Of a DNA stretch of 60,050 nucleotides, positions 1 through 12,569 are shown in pieces. The notes beneath the pieces are model-generated. The model was not told where the DNA came from. It ran no database searches and worked only from the letters and a program-made list of their open reading frames with translations. Source of the DNA: Octopus bimaculoides (taxonomy: Eukaryota); the NCBI RefSeq assembly GCF_001194135.2, contig NC_068983.1:32827688-32887737 (forward strand), written 5' to 3'. The first letter of the stretch is position 1; each line of letters starts with the position of its first letter. The translations under genes and the position numbers were made by a program.

Positions 1-58
<58 letters not shown>

Positions 59-98
59 GTGTGTTTGCGTGTGTGCGTGTGTGTGCATATGTGTGTGT
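1..98. repeat. (GT)n microsatellite
   Basis: Direct reading; one of many (CA/GT)n, (TA)n, (TATG)n, (TCTA)n, (AAT)n, (ATC)n, (CTTT)n and (GA)n tracts in the window. Confidence 0.98.
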
Positions 99-507
99 GG
101 TTCGTACACATATATATAATACAATATTAATTCGGTTCTACGTCAGTTCCGACGATGAATATTCCGGTTGATTTACCAACTGAAGTAGCTACTCATTGAA
201 TAATTGTCCAACTCTTTGCCCACCCACAGACGCTTTTAGCATTAAATTAATCCCGTGGTAGATTCAATAAGACACTGTATGAGTACTCCAGCCAAATAGC
301 TTTTAGAATTTTTGTCTACTCATTTCATTCACAAGGCTGAGATCGAACAAAGGCTATACTATAACCTCTAACAGTGGATGACATATTGCACATAATCACT
401 CAGCCGTGCCTGCTTCCATACACTCATACACACAGCACACATATACACATGCACTTCAACACATAAACACAAGCATACACATATATACATACATATATGC
501 ATACACA

Positions 508-804
508 TGTTGTTGTTGGCACTCCATCGCTTACAACGTCAAAGGTTCCAGTTAATACGATCAACGGAACAGTCTGCTCGTGAAATTAACGAGTAAGTGG
601 CTGAGCACTCCTCAGACACGTGTACCCTTCACGTAGTTCTTGGGGATATTCAGCGTGACACAGTGTGACAACAGAAACAGGAAGTAAGAGTGAGAGAAAG
701 TTGTGGTGAAAGAGTACAGCAGGCTTCGCCTCCATCCCCTGCCGGAGCCTCGTGGGGCTTTAGGTGTTTTCGCTGCCCTAACCACTGGGCCATTGCGCCT
801 CCAC
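508..804 (-). mobile_element. tRNA-headed SINE (family A, head variant 1)
   Basis: Minus strand starts GGAGGCGCAATGGCCCAGTGGTTAGGG (pol III A-box-like) and ends ...GATGGAGTGCC(AAC)n. The 3' ~140 nt (CACGCTGAAT...TTAATTTCACGAGC...CCGTTGATCG) are shared with copies at 2967-3257 and 51217-51531. Confidence 0.85.
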
Positions 805-1071
805 GCATACACATATATACATACATATATCCATACACGTATACATATTTCTACATACACTCCACGATGTTGTTTAATTTCCCTCTGTGTTATTCAATTA
901 CCTCTTTTTACAGACACGGCGTTACCCATGCATAGATATATTAAATAAATACATATAGTGTCGGGATGTGGTAACACATCTACGGTAATTCCGTGAAGGA
1001 AGTACCAAGGGATCATTCTCATGGAAAGCACAGGAGTATTTGGCTTTCTTGTTGAACGTCCGACATCTTAT

Positions 1072-1207
<136 letters not shown>

Positions 1208-2966
1208 CAGACATGCAAATAACAGTATCGGAAAGGAATGAGACAAAATGTCCCAACCGAACTATATCCTATATTGGCATCTGCCATGTCAAGAATGACT
1301 AAAACATATTCATAGTTGTCGAAGGTATGTTCTCTAGGAATAAAATGTTAACTTGAACTTCGTAACATCCGTACTTTCCTGGAGAACATCGTAGCTCTTG
1401 CCTAAAACCATCACTTTATGTGCCAAACGAGGAGCGAACAAGTATGGCATATATCCATAAGGATCCTTAAACAGGCTATCCAATGCAGTGATTTTCGTCT
1501 CTGAAAACATTTCACCGCCAGTCGTATCGAACCTGCTGCTACAAATTTTTCGCAACACCAAATTCTCATCTGAAAACTACATATCCATCTAGTCCAGCTG
1601 AAATCGCAGGAATCCTAAGCTGTTCTTATTCACTAAATTCACAAATACTCTACGGCTATAACATCTGTGTGATCCGATGCAATTACTCTCGGTACCTGTT
1701 AGTACAATCGAGAAATCGAGTCGATATCTATAAGACTGTTGGAGCTTTGCGAGGGTTTTTACGTCTCACACTCCTATTTTATATTCCTACACAAAACTAG
1801 ATTTGTTCTACAGACCCATTACGATCGCCCACTAGGTAGAGGTGTATTGCACCTTATAAAACATCAATGACTACTCGATTCCAGGTATCATCTTAGCTGT
1901 TGTTTACATCTAGGACCAACAACTTACAACCTGTATCCAGGAAAACAGTTCATGCCTCGAGATTCACCACTTAGCGGAATAACAAGATTACGACGACCGA
2001 AAGATATATAGATCTCGTTGTCATTCAGTAAAAACACCAACGACTGTGTGCAGGAACATTTGATCAGGCTGATAGATACCACATCCAAATCTATTGGTAT
2101 GGAGCCATTAACCAAGTTACGTTGATTCCTGACAAACAGGCTATTCTGGAAGGAGGAAGATGAGAATGGCTATTTGGTGCTTGGATGGCCTTATCAAAAG
2201 TTACCTCTTGTAATTCTTAGGGAAATTCCCAATGTGAATATTTTTATAACTTAAGTCATAACAATAAGAGTGTATTTATTACAGACTATTTTCTTTCTCT
2301 CCCAGTCAAACATGCAGAAGTTCACCTGTATGTGTGTATGAATGTATGTATGTATGTATGTATGTATGTATGTATGTATGTATGTATGTATGTATATGTA
2401 TGTATGGGGGTATGTATGTATGTATGTAAGTATGTGTGTGTGTGTGTGTGTGTTTGTACACACATACATATACAGATAAGTACTCAAATAGACAGAAAAT
2501 GAAATTGCAGGCTACAGTTAAGTAGCGGATACAGATATGAAGTACCTAATTTGAGTGAATTATTCGTTTTATAATCATCAACGCAGTCTACCAACTAACA
2601 AAGGCTTTCTGATTTTAACCCTGCTAGTTAGTTTTCTTTCTAACTGATTATAAAGTCCAATATCATAGATACCTATTATTATTAGAGCAGTACTTATTAT
2701 ATAATTGGACCAACTCGTCTGGCGCAAAGTATAAGGAGAACGCAAATATTTAATTCATATGCGTCAAATAATCACAATACTGGGGCTATAAAAACTTGCA
2801 AGACCTTCTTAAGATTTGAAGGGGGATGGTTGAAATAACCTTGCTACTGATTAGGTGGCTCTTCAAAATTTACTCAAAAATTAAAAAGAGAAAGAGAACA
2901 TACGTACATACATGCATACATGCATACATACATGCATGCATGCATACATACACATCGAACTCTAAA

Positions 2967-3257
2967 CTGCCATTCTATCATTTACGACGAGGGTTCCACC
3001 TAAGTCGGTCGACGGAACAGCCTGCTTGTGAAATTAGCATGCAAGCAGTTGAGCACTCCTAAGACAAGCGTAACTCTTGACGTAGTCCTCAAGGAGACTC
3101 AGCGTGACGCAGAGTGTGAAAAAAGGCTGGCCCTTTGAATTAGGGGTACAACTCATTTTTGCTCGCAGAGTGGACTGGAACAACGTGAAATAAAATGTTT
3201 TGCGCAAAGAGACAACGATCGTGAGCCGAATATCCTAATCACTAAGCAACGCGCCTT
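2967..3257 (-). mobile_element. tRNA-headed SINE (family A, head variant 2), diverged
   Basis: The reverse complement aligns along its length with 51217-51531 (AAGGCGCGT.GCTTAGTG head, CCAGTCCACTC...GCAAAAATGAGT core, shared 3' tail). Confidence 0.85.
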
Positions 3258-3957
3258 CTTACATACATACATACATACATACATATGCATACAAATACAT
3301 ACATGTATAAATGTACATACATACGTACATACATTCACGCATACACACACGTATATACATACACACACACACACACCTCACATATTTATATACAGGAGTT
3401 GTTACGTCTTATGCAATGGGTAAGTGTCGAAGTTTACTTTTGTTTCCGTGGGTAATATCAGGAAACATGACCGACGTGCAGTAAATATAATCTTTCATAA
3501 ATTTTCTTGATACTTCTAGAAAATAACGAAATGTATATCCAATTTTCAAAGGGAAATATTTATTATCTTAAAATGAATATGACGAGAAAACCTTGTAATA
3601 TCACCGGCAGAATCCGAACTCTGCGTCTGGTGTGCGTTAACAACTGCCGTAAAAACCACACACACACACACACACTGAAACGCACACAGGTATATACACA
3701 TACACCTGTACGAGTTTGTATGTTTGTCTCTCACTGCTTGACAACCAGAGTGGTTTAGCTTACGTCCAATTAAACTGGATATTTAGACAAAAGAGACAGA
3801 TGGAATAAGTAACAGATTCTAAAGATAAATGCTGGAGGCGATCTTATTACCAACATCCTTTAAGACGATGCTTTCAAGCATGGCCACATTTCCGAGAATG
3901 AAACAAGCAAAGGGATAAAGGAATTCTTTGAAACATATTTATTGGTATACACACACC

Positions 3958-4011
<54 letters not shown>

Positions 4012-4811
4012 AATAAAGATATAAATATCATATTGATATTTCGGAATTTAAGAATCTGTATNNNNNNNNNNNNNNNNNNNNNNNNNNNNNNNNNNNNNNN
4101 NNNNNNNNNNNNNNNNNNNNNNNNNNNNNNNNNNNNNNNNNNNNNNNNNNNNNNNNNNNNNNNNNNNNNNNNNNNNNNNNNNNNNNNNNNNNNNNNNNNN
4201 NNNNNNNNNNNNNNNNNNNNNNNNNNNNNNNNNNNNNNNNNNNNNNNNNNNNNNNNNNNNNNNNNNNNNNNNNNNNNNNNNNNNNNNNNNNNNNNNNNNN
4301 NNNNNNNNNNNNNNNNNNNNNNNNNNNNNNNNNNNNNNNNNNNNNNNNNNNNNNNNNNNNNNNNNNNNNNNNNNNNNNNNNNNNNNNNNNNNNNNNNNNN
4401 NNNNNNNNNNNNNNNNNNNNNNNNNNNNNNNNNNNNNNNNNNNNNNNNNNNNNNNNNNNNNNNNNNNNNNNNNNNNNNNNNNNNNNNNNNNNNNNNNNNN
4501 NNNNNNNNNNNNNNNNNNNNNNNNNNNNNNNNNNNNNNNNNNNNNNNNNNNNNNNNNNNNNNNNNNNNNNNNNNNNNNNNNNNNNNNNNNNNNNNNNNNN
4601 NNNNNNNNNNNNNNNNNNNNNNNNNNNNNNNNNNNNNNNNNNNNNNNNNNNNNNNNNNNNNNNNNNNNNNNNNNNNNNNNNNNNNNNNNNNNNNNNNNNN
4701 TATATATCATCCGACATGTATAACATTAAATATTCATTACGCCAGATCTTACTAAACAGTTTCGCGTAAAAAGTACAATAGAGTTTTAGGTAACAATCCA
4801 ATTACTTAGAT

Positions 4812-5560
4812 ACATAGATAGGTTTCAGTCACATTGGTCCAGGCTATAGCTAACTTAATAACACCACCTGGTAAAGACATTTAGTAATGTATTTTTGCAT
4901 AGTTATTTTTAGGTACCATTGCTCATTCGATTAAAGTGTTGTTTGCAGCAGTATATCCGTGTGTAGGTGGTTTATCTGGAATTTGTTGGAGATATTTATC
5001 CAGGGACTTTTGAAGGTTGTGAAATCTTTTTCCTCCATGATATGTATGGAATGGTGTTAAAAAGAGCAGGTCCAGTTGAAGCGAAGTAGTTCTGTCTTAG
5101 TGTTGTGATGTGCTGAGAGCACGATTTCTGCAGCGGACGCATGGCCCGGAGACCAAGCCTTGGGTGGATTTTAAAAGTGATACCGATATCATTTGGGCAA
5201 TACTGTCGGAACAATTTCCACATCATACAAATAATATAGCACTCTCGGTGGCGCTGGAGAGAATACAGATTGAGATTCGCAAGTGGATCCCAGTAATTCA
5301 GACCAGACATGCCATCAATTTTTTTTTTTTTTTGTAATTGACCTCTGGGGTACTTCAAGCTTTTTAATATTCTGGCTTGTGTAGGGATACCATAGCAGGC
5401 AACAGTATTCAAGCGGGCGAAGGTAGTAAAAAGAAGGATAATGGTTGGAGTATCGCTAGACTGGAAAGTCCTAAGGATCCGCTCATCAGATTTAGCCGAT
5501 ATGGAAGAGCATATGGCGACTGCTCTCTATTGTCGCAGGCAGATTAGCACAACCGGTCAG
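4812..5560 (-). mobile_element. CR1-like LINE, 3' end of ORF2 plus 3' UTR, frameshifted
   Basis: Minus-strand peptides RILRTFQSSDTPTIILLFTTFAR, PLEYCCLLWYP and KKIDGMSGLNYWDPLANLNLYSLQRHRE...GPALFNTIP match the post-RT C-terminal region of CR1-clade ORF2 (LEY...W.P; L.LYSL.RRR). Confidence 0.85.
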
Positions 5561-6269
5561 CGGCTGTTGCGAAAAAAGGTGGTGAAACGAAAAAGGGCCA
5601 GGGGATTAGGTTAGGAGTTATGTCTCTTGGTTGGGTATGCTGTGAAGCCGGGAAGAGTGATCTTGAAGTGGGGAAAGGTGTGTATTATTAGTGTAGTGCT
5701 CCTGGCGGGGTAGGTGGGGGTGATATGTGTAGTGGTGTCATATGAATAATTTTTCTGGAGGTGTAGGTATATATAGTTGTTCGTTGGTCTGTTTTCTTTC
5801 TGTAAAGGATACAGTCGTGGGTTTTTTCGTGTTACCTTGCAGTGTGTAATGTGTGTGTGGGTGTGTGTGTGGGCATCTGTGTATGTGTGTGGGTACAGTT
5901 TGTGTGCAGGGGTATGTTGTAGGGTGTCCGCCTTATAGAGGTGTGCATTTGTGTACATGGTTGCATTGGTGTGTACTTTGGTCAAAATCCTTTTGCTGGG
6001 CCCGTGGGCATTGGTGGATGGTCGTTAGTGGAGGGTCGAGTCAGGGGACCTGTGGTTGAAGTCATGGTGGGGCGCGCAGGTACGATAGGATGTACTTCCT
6101 TTCATATGGGCAAGAATTAAACACCTTACTCCTGCTATTCAGGTAGACATGTTGGCGTTGGGTACCTTTTAAAATTGCTCTCTTCTCAGCCAGGCATAAT
6201 ATGCTCTTCCTGCTGCTATTGAAGTATGGGTGTTGTGGATATATGCTGCCTGGTTATTTAATTTGCATT

Positions 6270-6480
6270 TAGATTTATGGTAAAATTTGAAGGTATGAAA
6301 AAATGGTGGTTGCATGAACTTAGGGCCTCATTATATTTATTTATTTAGTAGTGTCGAGGAGTTTTAATATGTGGAATGCCTCTTTTAGGCATAACTTATA
6401 GTCTAAACTTTGGCCTTGGTATGGAAGCCCTGAATCTATTATGGATCATGACAAAATGTAGAGAATATTTCTATTTTTGA
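6270..6480 (-). mobile_element. Possible Penelope-like element C-terminal relic
   Basis: Minus-strand pieces SIIDSGLPYQGQSLDYKLCLKEAFHIL and NEALSSCNHHFFIPSNF resemble the PLE C-terminal pattern W.I...A.PY.....C.LCL.EK..I...LN.RSE..S.C.H. Confidence 0.45.
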
Positions 6481-6512
6481 GATGATGTATGTGACTGATG
6501 TATGTATATGAC

Positions 6513-6561
<49 letters not shown>

Positions 6562-6647
6562 TAGAAAACAATAATAAGGCACTCAGAGATCTGGGTGGTT
6601 GTATATTTACATATTTTTATTAATATGTCACGTTTTTATAAATCATA

Positions 6648-6687
6648 TATTAGCGCTTTCATCTACTCTAATAGATTCTTCAGATTG
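6648..6687 (-). ncRNA. Minimal type I hammerhead ribozyme motif (PLE-type), stem I eroded
   Basis: Minus strand reads CUGAAGA-AUCUA(UUAGAG)UAGAU-GAAA-GCGC-UA. The core is intact, stem II is 5 bp, stem III is the palindrome AGCGCU and the triplet is CUA. Stem I has only 2 adjacent pairs. Confidence 0.6.
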
Positions 6688-7503
6688 AAATTTTTTTGAA
6701 GGGATTCGTCTCTTTTCATAATATTATTGAGTGCGTAGGGGTGGAGAGAGAGGGGGAGAAAAAAGTAATGTGTGGTGTATAGGATAGTAAAAGAGGGTGA
6801 GGAATGGGGAGAAAGCGAGAGAGAGTGTGTGCGTGTGTGTGTGTGTGTGTGTGAGTGTGTGTGTCCTGTGTATCTGAATGGAGTGTTAATGGAAAAGAGA
6901 AAGAAAGAAGGAAAGAAGAAAAAATGTGTTTACATCTACACAGGTAGTCAACTCTTTCAATAGATGACAAGTTGATTCTTGGTCTTTAAGAATGGTAAAA
7001 CCAGGTGGCTACTCCAAAGGGTGTCTGTTTTGATAAGAAATAATAAATTATTTTTCAAAAAATTGTCTAGACTTATTATCCTCATCATCATCATCATCAC
7101 TGTCCAATGAGAGAGAGTGTGTGTGTGTTTTTTTTGTGTGTGTGTATGTGTGCGTGTGCCTGTGTATCTGAAAGGTGTGTCAATGGAAAAGAGAAGGAAA
7201 GAAATAAGGAAGAAACAAAGAAGCTGTAAATGTACAACCATCCAGATCTCTGAGTACCTTATTATTTTTTCTAATATATAATACCTGTACATCACCTCCA
7301 AACATTCTAATATATAGCTCTTCGAAACGCCGCTGTTAAAACGGGGGTAGCTGATGAAGTAGAATGTTCTCTATGTGGCTTGTGTGTTTTCTCGTCTACG
7401 TTTTGTTTGCAATGTCCTGTACCTAGATATGCACCTATACATACAGGTGGATGTCGGTATGCACATACCTGTACGTATATATGCATATACTCATTTACTG
7501 TTT

Positions 7504-7548
<45 letters not shown>

Positions 7549-8287
7549 CACACACAAACACACACACACACATTGTGTGCTGAGTTGGATGTACGTACCG
7601 TACGAGTTATACGTATATTTTTATATGTATGTATATGAGTTGCATATATAAAAAAGAAACCCGTTACTGTTTTATTAATATCTACGAAAATTTCTCAGCC
7701 CATGGGTTCAAAATTTATTTTCTATATTTATATTAACTGTCTTAACTTGCATACTTCTGAAAGACCACCAGTGGAAACAGCCAATCAAATTCAAATGAAA
7801 CATATCAAAATTTACTTTATACGTACAATCACAATTTTTACCCCATTCTTGATCACAAGTGCTCAACGAATGGTAACGTGAAACTCTGAGTAGCAGCTTT
7901 TTGTGATTTTTTAATGATAATTTTGCAGCTTTAATAATAATGTAGAAATGTATGTATATATAACAAAAAAGTGGGTGTATTTCAACACAGGAAAAACATA
8001 CGCAAATTTGTTGTTGAAAATGCACTTAAACATGAAAAATTTGTAATTTTTTAAAATAAATTTATTTATTTTAAACAATTATATATANNNNNNNNNNNNN
8101 NNNNNNNNNNNNNNNNNNNNNNNNNNNNNNNNNNNNNNNNNNNNNNNNNNNNNNNNNNNNNNNNNNNNNNNNNNNNNNNNNNNNNNNNNNNNNNNNNNNN
8201 NNNNNNNNNNNNNNNNNNNNNNNNNNNNNNNNNNNNNNNNNNNNNNNNNNNNNNNNNNNNNNNNNNNNNNNNNNNNNNNNNNATGTA

Positions 8288-9280
8288 TTAGGTTGTTACG
8301 AAATTTCGACATAATAATTGATGTATGCTCGTTAATAATTTTCTACTTATTTCAGACAGAAAACATTCTTTAAGCATAGGGGCCCGTAATTATGAACATG
8401 ATAAAAACGGACCTTCGCATACTTTTCTTGCATAACGTCAAGCTTAGGAACAATGCCTCCCAAACTGCTACCAATATCAACAGAACATAGGGAGAGGGTT
8501 CCACAAGTGATCGCACAATACAAATGTAGTTTCAGAAATTCCGTAGTGATAATGAGAGCCTTGAAGAGGAAGAAGGTAGAGGACGGTCATGCAGTCTTGA
8601 CAATGAACAATTGAAAGAAATTGTTGAAGAAAACCCACGTCAAAGTGTCAGAGAAATGTCTCGGGCACTTGGTACCGGTATTGCAACGGTCTCACACAAT
8701 CGGCAGAAGATTGTTAAGGTGAAAAACTTCGATAAATACGTACTGCATGAGCTCAATGAAAATCAAAATGTTCGGCGTTTTGAAGTTTGAATTTGGTGTT
8801 GTCCATTACAGCTTTCTGGAAGCCAATCAGAGCATTATAGGGGAAGTCTACTGCAATCAACTCGATGAAATGCATGCTAACTTGCAAAAATACGAGACCG
8901 GCATTGGTGAATTGGCGTGGCCTAATTCTGCTCCACGTTAATGCAAAGCTATATGCTGCAAGTATGACGTTGCAGAAACTCACAGACTTGGGATACGAGA
9001 CTTTACTACATGCTCCATATTCTCCTGATCTTTCACCCACTGACTAACGTTTTTTGTTTAAGCATTTAAACACATTTTGAAGTGTTAAAACTTTCAGGTC
9101 CAAACCAGAGGTTGAAGCAGCTTTCAAACATTTCTTAGCATCAAAGAAAATAAGATTTTATTAACGAGGCATAAATAATCTCGTTGATCGATGGCAGAGA
9201 CTAATCAAAACGTTTCTATAGCTAATTTTTCCAGAATAAAATTGTTTCTAAAATCGGGCATTATTTTCGAAACAACCTAA
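8288..9280 (+). mobile_element. Mariner DNA transposon (Hsmar1/cecropia-like), internally deleted, non-coding
   Basis: TIRs TTAGGTTGTTACGAAA / TTTCGAAACAACCTAA flanked by TA on both sides. Transposase remnants: N-terminal HTH (FQKFRSDNESLEEEEGRGR), YVLHEL (WVPHEL-like), PYSPDLSPTD. Several stops; the first catalytic-D region is missing. Confidence 0.93.
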
Positions 9281-9285
9281 TATAT

Positions 9286-9384
9286 AGCAAATAAGTAGGA
9301 AGGATGTCCAGTTATTAGTGCATTAAAGCCGTTTCAAGCGGCCGTAATGCACTGATACCTGGACATCCTTGTTAGTTATTTGCT
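9286..9384. other. ~99-nt imperfect hairpin (pre-miRNA-like or mini foldback element)
   Basis: Paired blocks AGCAAATAA/TTATTTGCT, AAGGATGTCCAG/CTGGACATCCTT, TATTAGTGCATTA/TAATGCACTGATA and GCCG/CGGC, with loop TTTCAAG. Confidence 0.8.
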
Positions 9385-9466
9385 TTTTATTCACATAACT
9401 TCGAGCTGTGCGCACAATACCGGACTGACTTTATACCTCAAAGTAAAGACCTAATTCAGCTGAATC

Positions 9467-9503
<37 letters not shown>

Positions 9504-9957
9504 GAGAGAGTGAGAGAGAGAGAAAGTGTGTGTATGAGAGAGTGAGAGAGAGAGAGCTATATTAAGAAACAAGTATCTAGATATACTTGTAGAGAGATAT
9601 ATTTAGAACCATCGCATCATGCATTATGTGCACTATGCTTTAAAAGTAAATACACAAAGACAAAGAGATAAAAGCAGAAACATATAAAGAGATAAAGAGA
9701 GAGGGGGTGGTATTGTGTATGATGAAACGAGAGATGTAAAGCTGTAACACTGTCACATAAACATTCTTCGAAAGATTCTGTTACTATTTCTGCACATGAA
9801 TAAAATCATTTATGTGCACGTCATGTAAGGTTTGTTGGGTATTAGAAAGATATTAATCCTACTATTACTGTTACTTTTTGAAACGCTGCCCTCCGGAAGA
9901 ATTTTATGCATGTATGCATGTAAAACAATTGCTGTGAAGGGCATTTATGTCAATCTG

Positions 9958-10028
<71 letters not shown>

Positions 10029-11693
10029 AGAGTATGCACGCAAGTATCGTATGGTATTTTTCAAATATCAGGTGACACCTGCAAAGTAATATTCGTATAA
10101 TAGATAACTACAGTGTAAAATTTTTCACAAATATTCACGGCCGCAGCTCTGAGCTGAAACTGCAGAAGAAAATTACCTCAAAGGACAACTTTGTAATAAT
10201 TTATTTTCCATTAAAAACAATTGAACAGAATTTGTAGGGAACGAGAAAGAGAGAATGAAAGACAAGGATATTGTTGCAAGGGGAAAAGGTAAAAATGACA
10301 GAAGATGCAGAGACAGACAATGAAATGAAATGAAATGGTAAAAGTTGTAAACAAACTTCCAGAAAGGAAGGACAAAATGCCTTAGAGAAGACGTTGAGCA
10401 ATAAACAAACATAAATTCGCTTTAGATACAGAAAGTAACACAAAGTTTTCATTAGTCAAAGGGCCATATGTATCTATAATGTTATAAAACTTTGAAATAA
10501 GTTGTGTAAACATTTTCACAAATATTCTCAAAGTATTTCAAAGACAAACTTTGTAATCACTTATTTTTAACGAAAACCATTGAATAGGGTGATAAAGAGA
10601 AAGTGTGGGGTAGGGTGTTTTTTTCAGGGAAGAAAATTTATAATGAATATAATTGAATAGAACAAGAGAAGGCGAGAGGGAGCGAGTGGAACACAGAGAN
10701 NNNNNNNNNNNNNNNNNNNNNNNNNNNNNNNNNNNNNNNNNNNNNNNNNNNNNNNNNNNNNNNNNNNNNNNNNNNNNNNNNNNNNNNNNNNNNNNNNNNN
10801 NNNNNNNNNNNNNNNNNNNNNNNNNNNNNNNNNNNNNNNNNNNNNNNNNNNNAGAGAGAGAGAGAGAGAGAGACACACCGCAATGAATAAATATTAGCTT
10901 TGTGACTCAAATGAGTGCTTCAATGTATAATAACAAAAGAAAGTTGGAAACGTCACTAGGATTTAAAAGAATTTTCAAGACATTTTAGACTTTAATGATT
11001 GATTTCTTTTTTTCTAAGTTACATAATACCAACTAACTGATTAGCACCTTTTTATTTATTATTGTATTGATATTAATATTATTAAACGCTTAGTATGTCT
11101 GAATCTCTAAGAAACCAACTTCATAATTTGATGCTCCAGGGACTGATAACTTGTAATCTGTGTAGACTGAAATTGTTTTAACATCCTGTTTCCTACACTT
11201 ATTTTACCCCAAAGAATTATTTTAGGCACAGACTTGAGTAGAAAATGCTCAGCCATGTATATGTTCATTCACGAGTAGGTAATTGTGTTGACTGATCAAC
11301 TGTGAATCCTCATTAATGAACGACGGAGATCCATTTCTTCGACTGCCACCGATCCCCACCACCACTACCACCACGACCAACAATAACAACAACAACAACG
11401 TCAACAACACCACCACCATTGATTTTAATATTTACACATTCATGGAATTTATGCACACATTTCCTGATGTAGTTTGCTCCCTTAATTACACATTTTGAAA
11501 AACTTTACATCTGCTTCTGTTCATTGTATCTTACGAATGTCTTCTTCTTTGTCATAAATTAAACCCTATATATATATGCACACTTATTCAAGGTTAGACC
11601 ACCTACAAGAACTCAAATTCATGATTTTTAATCATTAACACCCAATCATTCAAAATATAATTATTGATTAAATATACATACATACATGCATAC

Positions 11694-11724
<31 letters not shown>

Positions 11725-12111
11725 GAGGGAGATATGTAATTTAATTTCACACGTGATTTTCTCGGACTAGACTTTTCTTTCTCTCCGGACCTTTTCTCTT
11801 TCGTATACATTATATCATATTGGCTATGTATGTAAATGAATATATGTGTGTGAGTGTGTTTGTGTGTGTGTATGTATGTGTGTGTGCATGAGTGTGTGTG
11901 TGTCTTTCTTTTGCTATATATATATATATATATATATATACGTATGTATGTATTAGAGGAAAAAGGACTGCAAAACCAAAGCAAGACGAGCGAGCATCTC
12001 AAGTCATTTAGAATATTTAATTTGGGTAAAGTGAATTTGAAGTAATTAATTAACTAATCAATTGGGTAATTAATTAAGTATTTATCTGTTTGTCTTACAT
12101 CTGTTTCTCAG

Positions 12112-12170
12112 ATATCCCAAGTGATAGTTTAGCATCTTTATATACTAGGTATTCCGTCATCAGAGACAAG
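12112..12170 (+). CDS. Probable small internal coding exon (phase 1 to phase 0), xIPSDSLASLYTRYSVIRDK; likely part of the ALK-like gene
   Basis: Good acceptor (tgtcttacatctgtttctcag) and canonical donor (AAG|gtgagt); 59 nt, open in only one frame. The peptide is not recognisable, so gene assignment is by position and strand only. Confidence 0.55.
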
Positions 12171-12202
12171 GTGAGTATGTATGACAGTTCTAGTCAGGGA
12201 AT

Positions 12203-12569
12203 TCACAGTTTATAAAGGAATAAAATAGTAGATAGAAGAATAAAGAGTAAAGCCGTAGATAGAAGAATACAGACAAGAGAATAAAGCTCATAGCTCATCT
12301 TCTTCCAGAGAGTATGGAGGTATTCCGTGAAGATATTGGTCCTTAAGTATAATCCCATATTTTGGCAGTATTTTGAAGGTTGCCAAAATACTGCCTGGAT
12401 TTAACTGGAATTATAATTAAGCACCTATATCTTCACGTAAGTGCGGACTAGCCTCCAGAACTTCTGGAAGAAGATGAGCATTGAACTTTATTCTCCTGTC
12501 TATATTCTTCTATCTACGGTTTTACTCGTTATTCTTCTATCTTCTATTTTATTCCTTTATAAACTGTGA
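12203..12569. mobile_element. Foldback element / MITE-like long inverted repeat
   Basis: Arms of ~150 bp beginning TCACAGTTTATAAAGGAATAAAATAG and ending CTATTTTATTCCTTTATAAACTGTGA pair along their length with scattered mismatches. No TSD seen. Confidence 0.85.

Noticed and set aside
1250-2230. Complex ~1-kb segment suspected to be a LINE relic
   Set aside because: No frame gave a recognisable RT, endonuclease or transposase motif; left unassigned.
5600-6230. GC-richer segment between the CR1 and PLE relics (ORF 5611-5985)
   Set aside because: Probably repeat-derived, but no motif could be identified.
7340-7400. CTGATGAAG as a hammerhead core
   Set aside because: No downstream stem II-GAAA.
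11316-11498. ORF MNDGDPFLRLPP...TTTNNN as an exon
   Set aside because: Driven by (ACC)/(AAC) repeats; no good splice sites.
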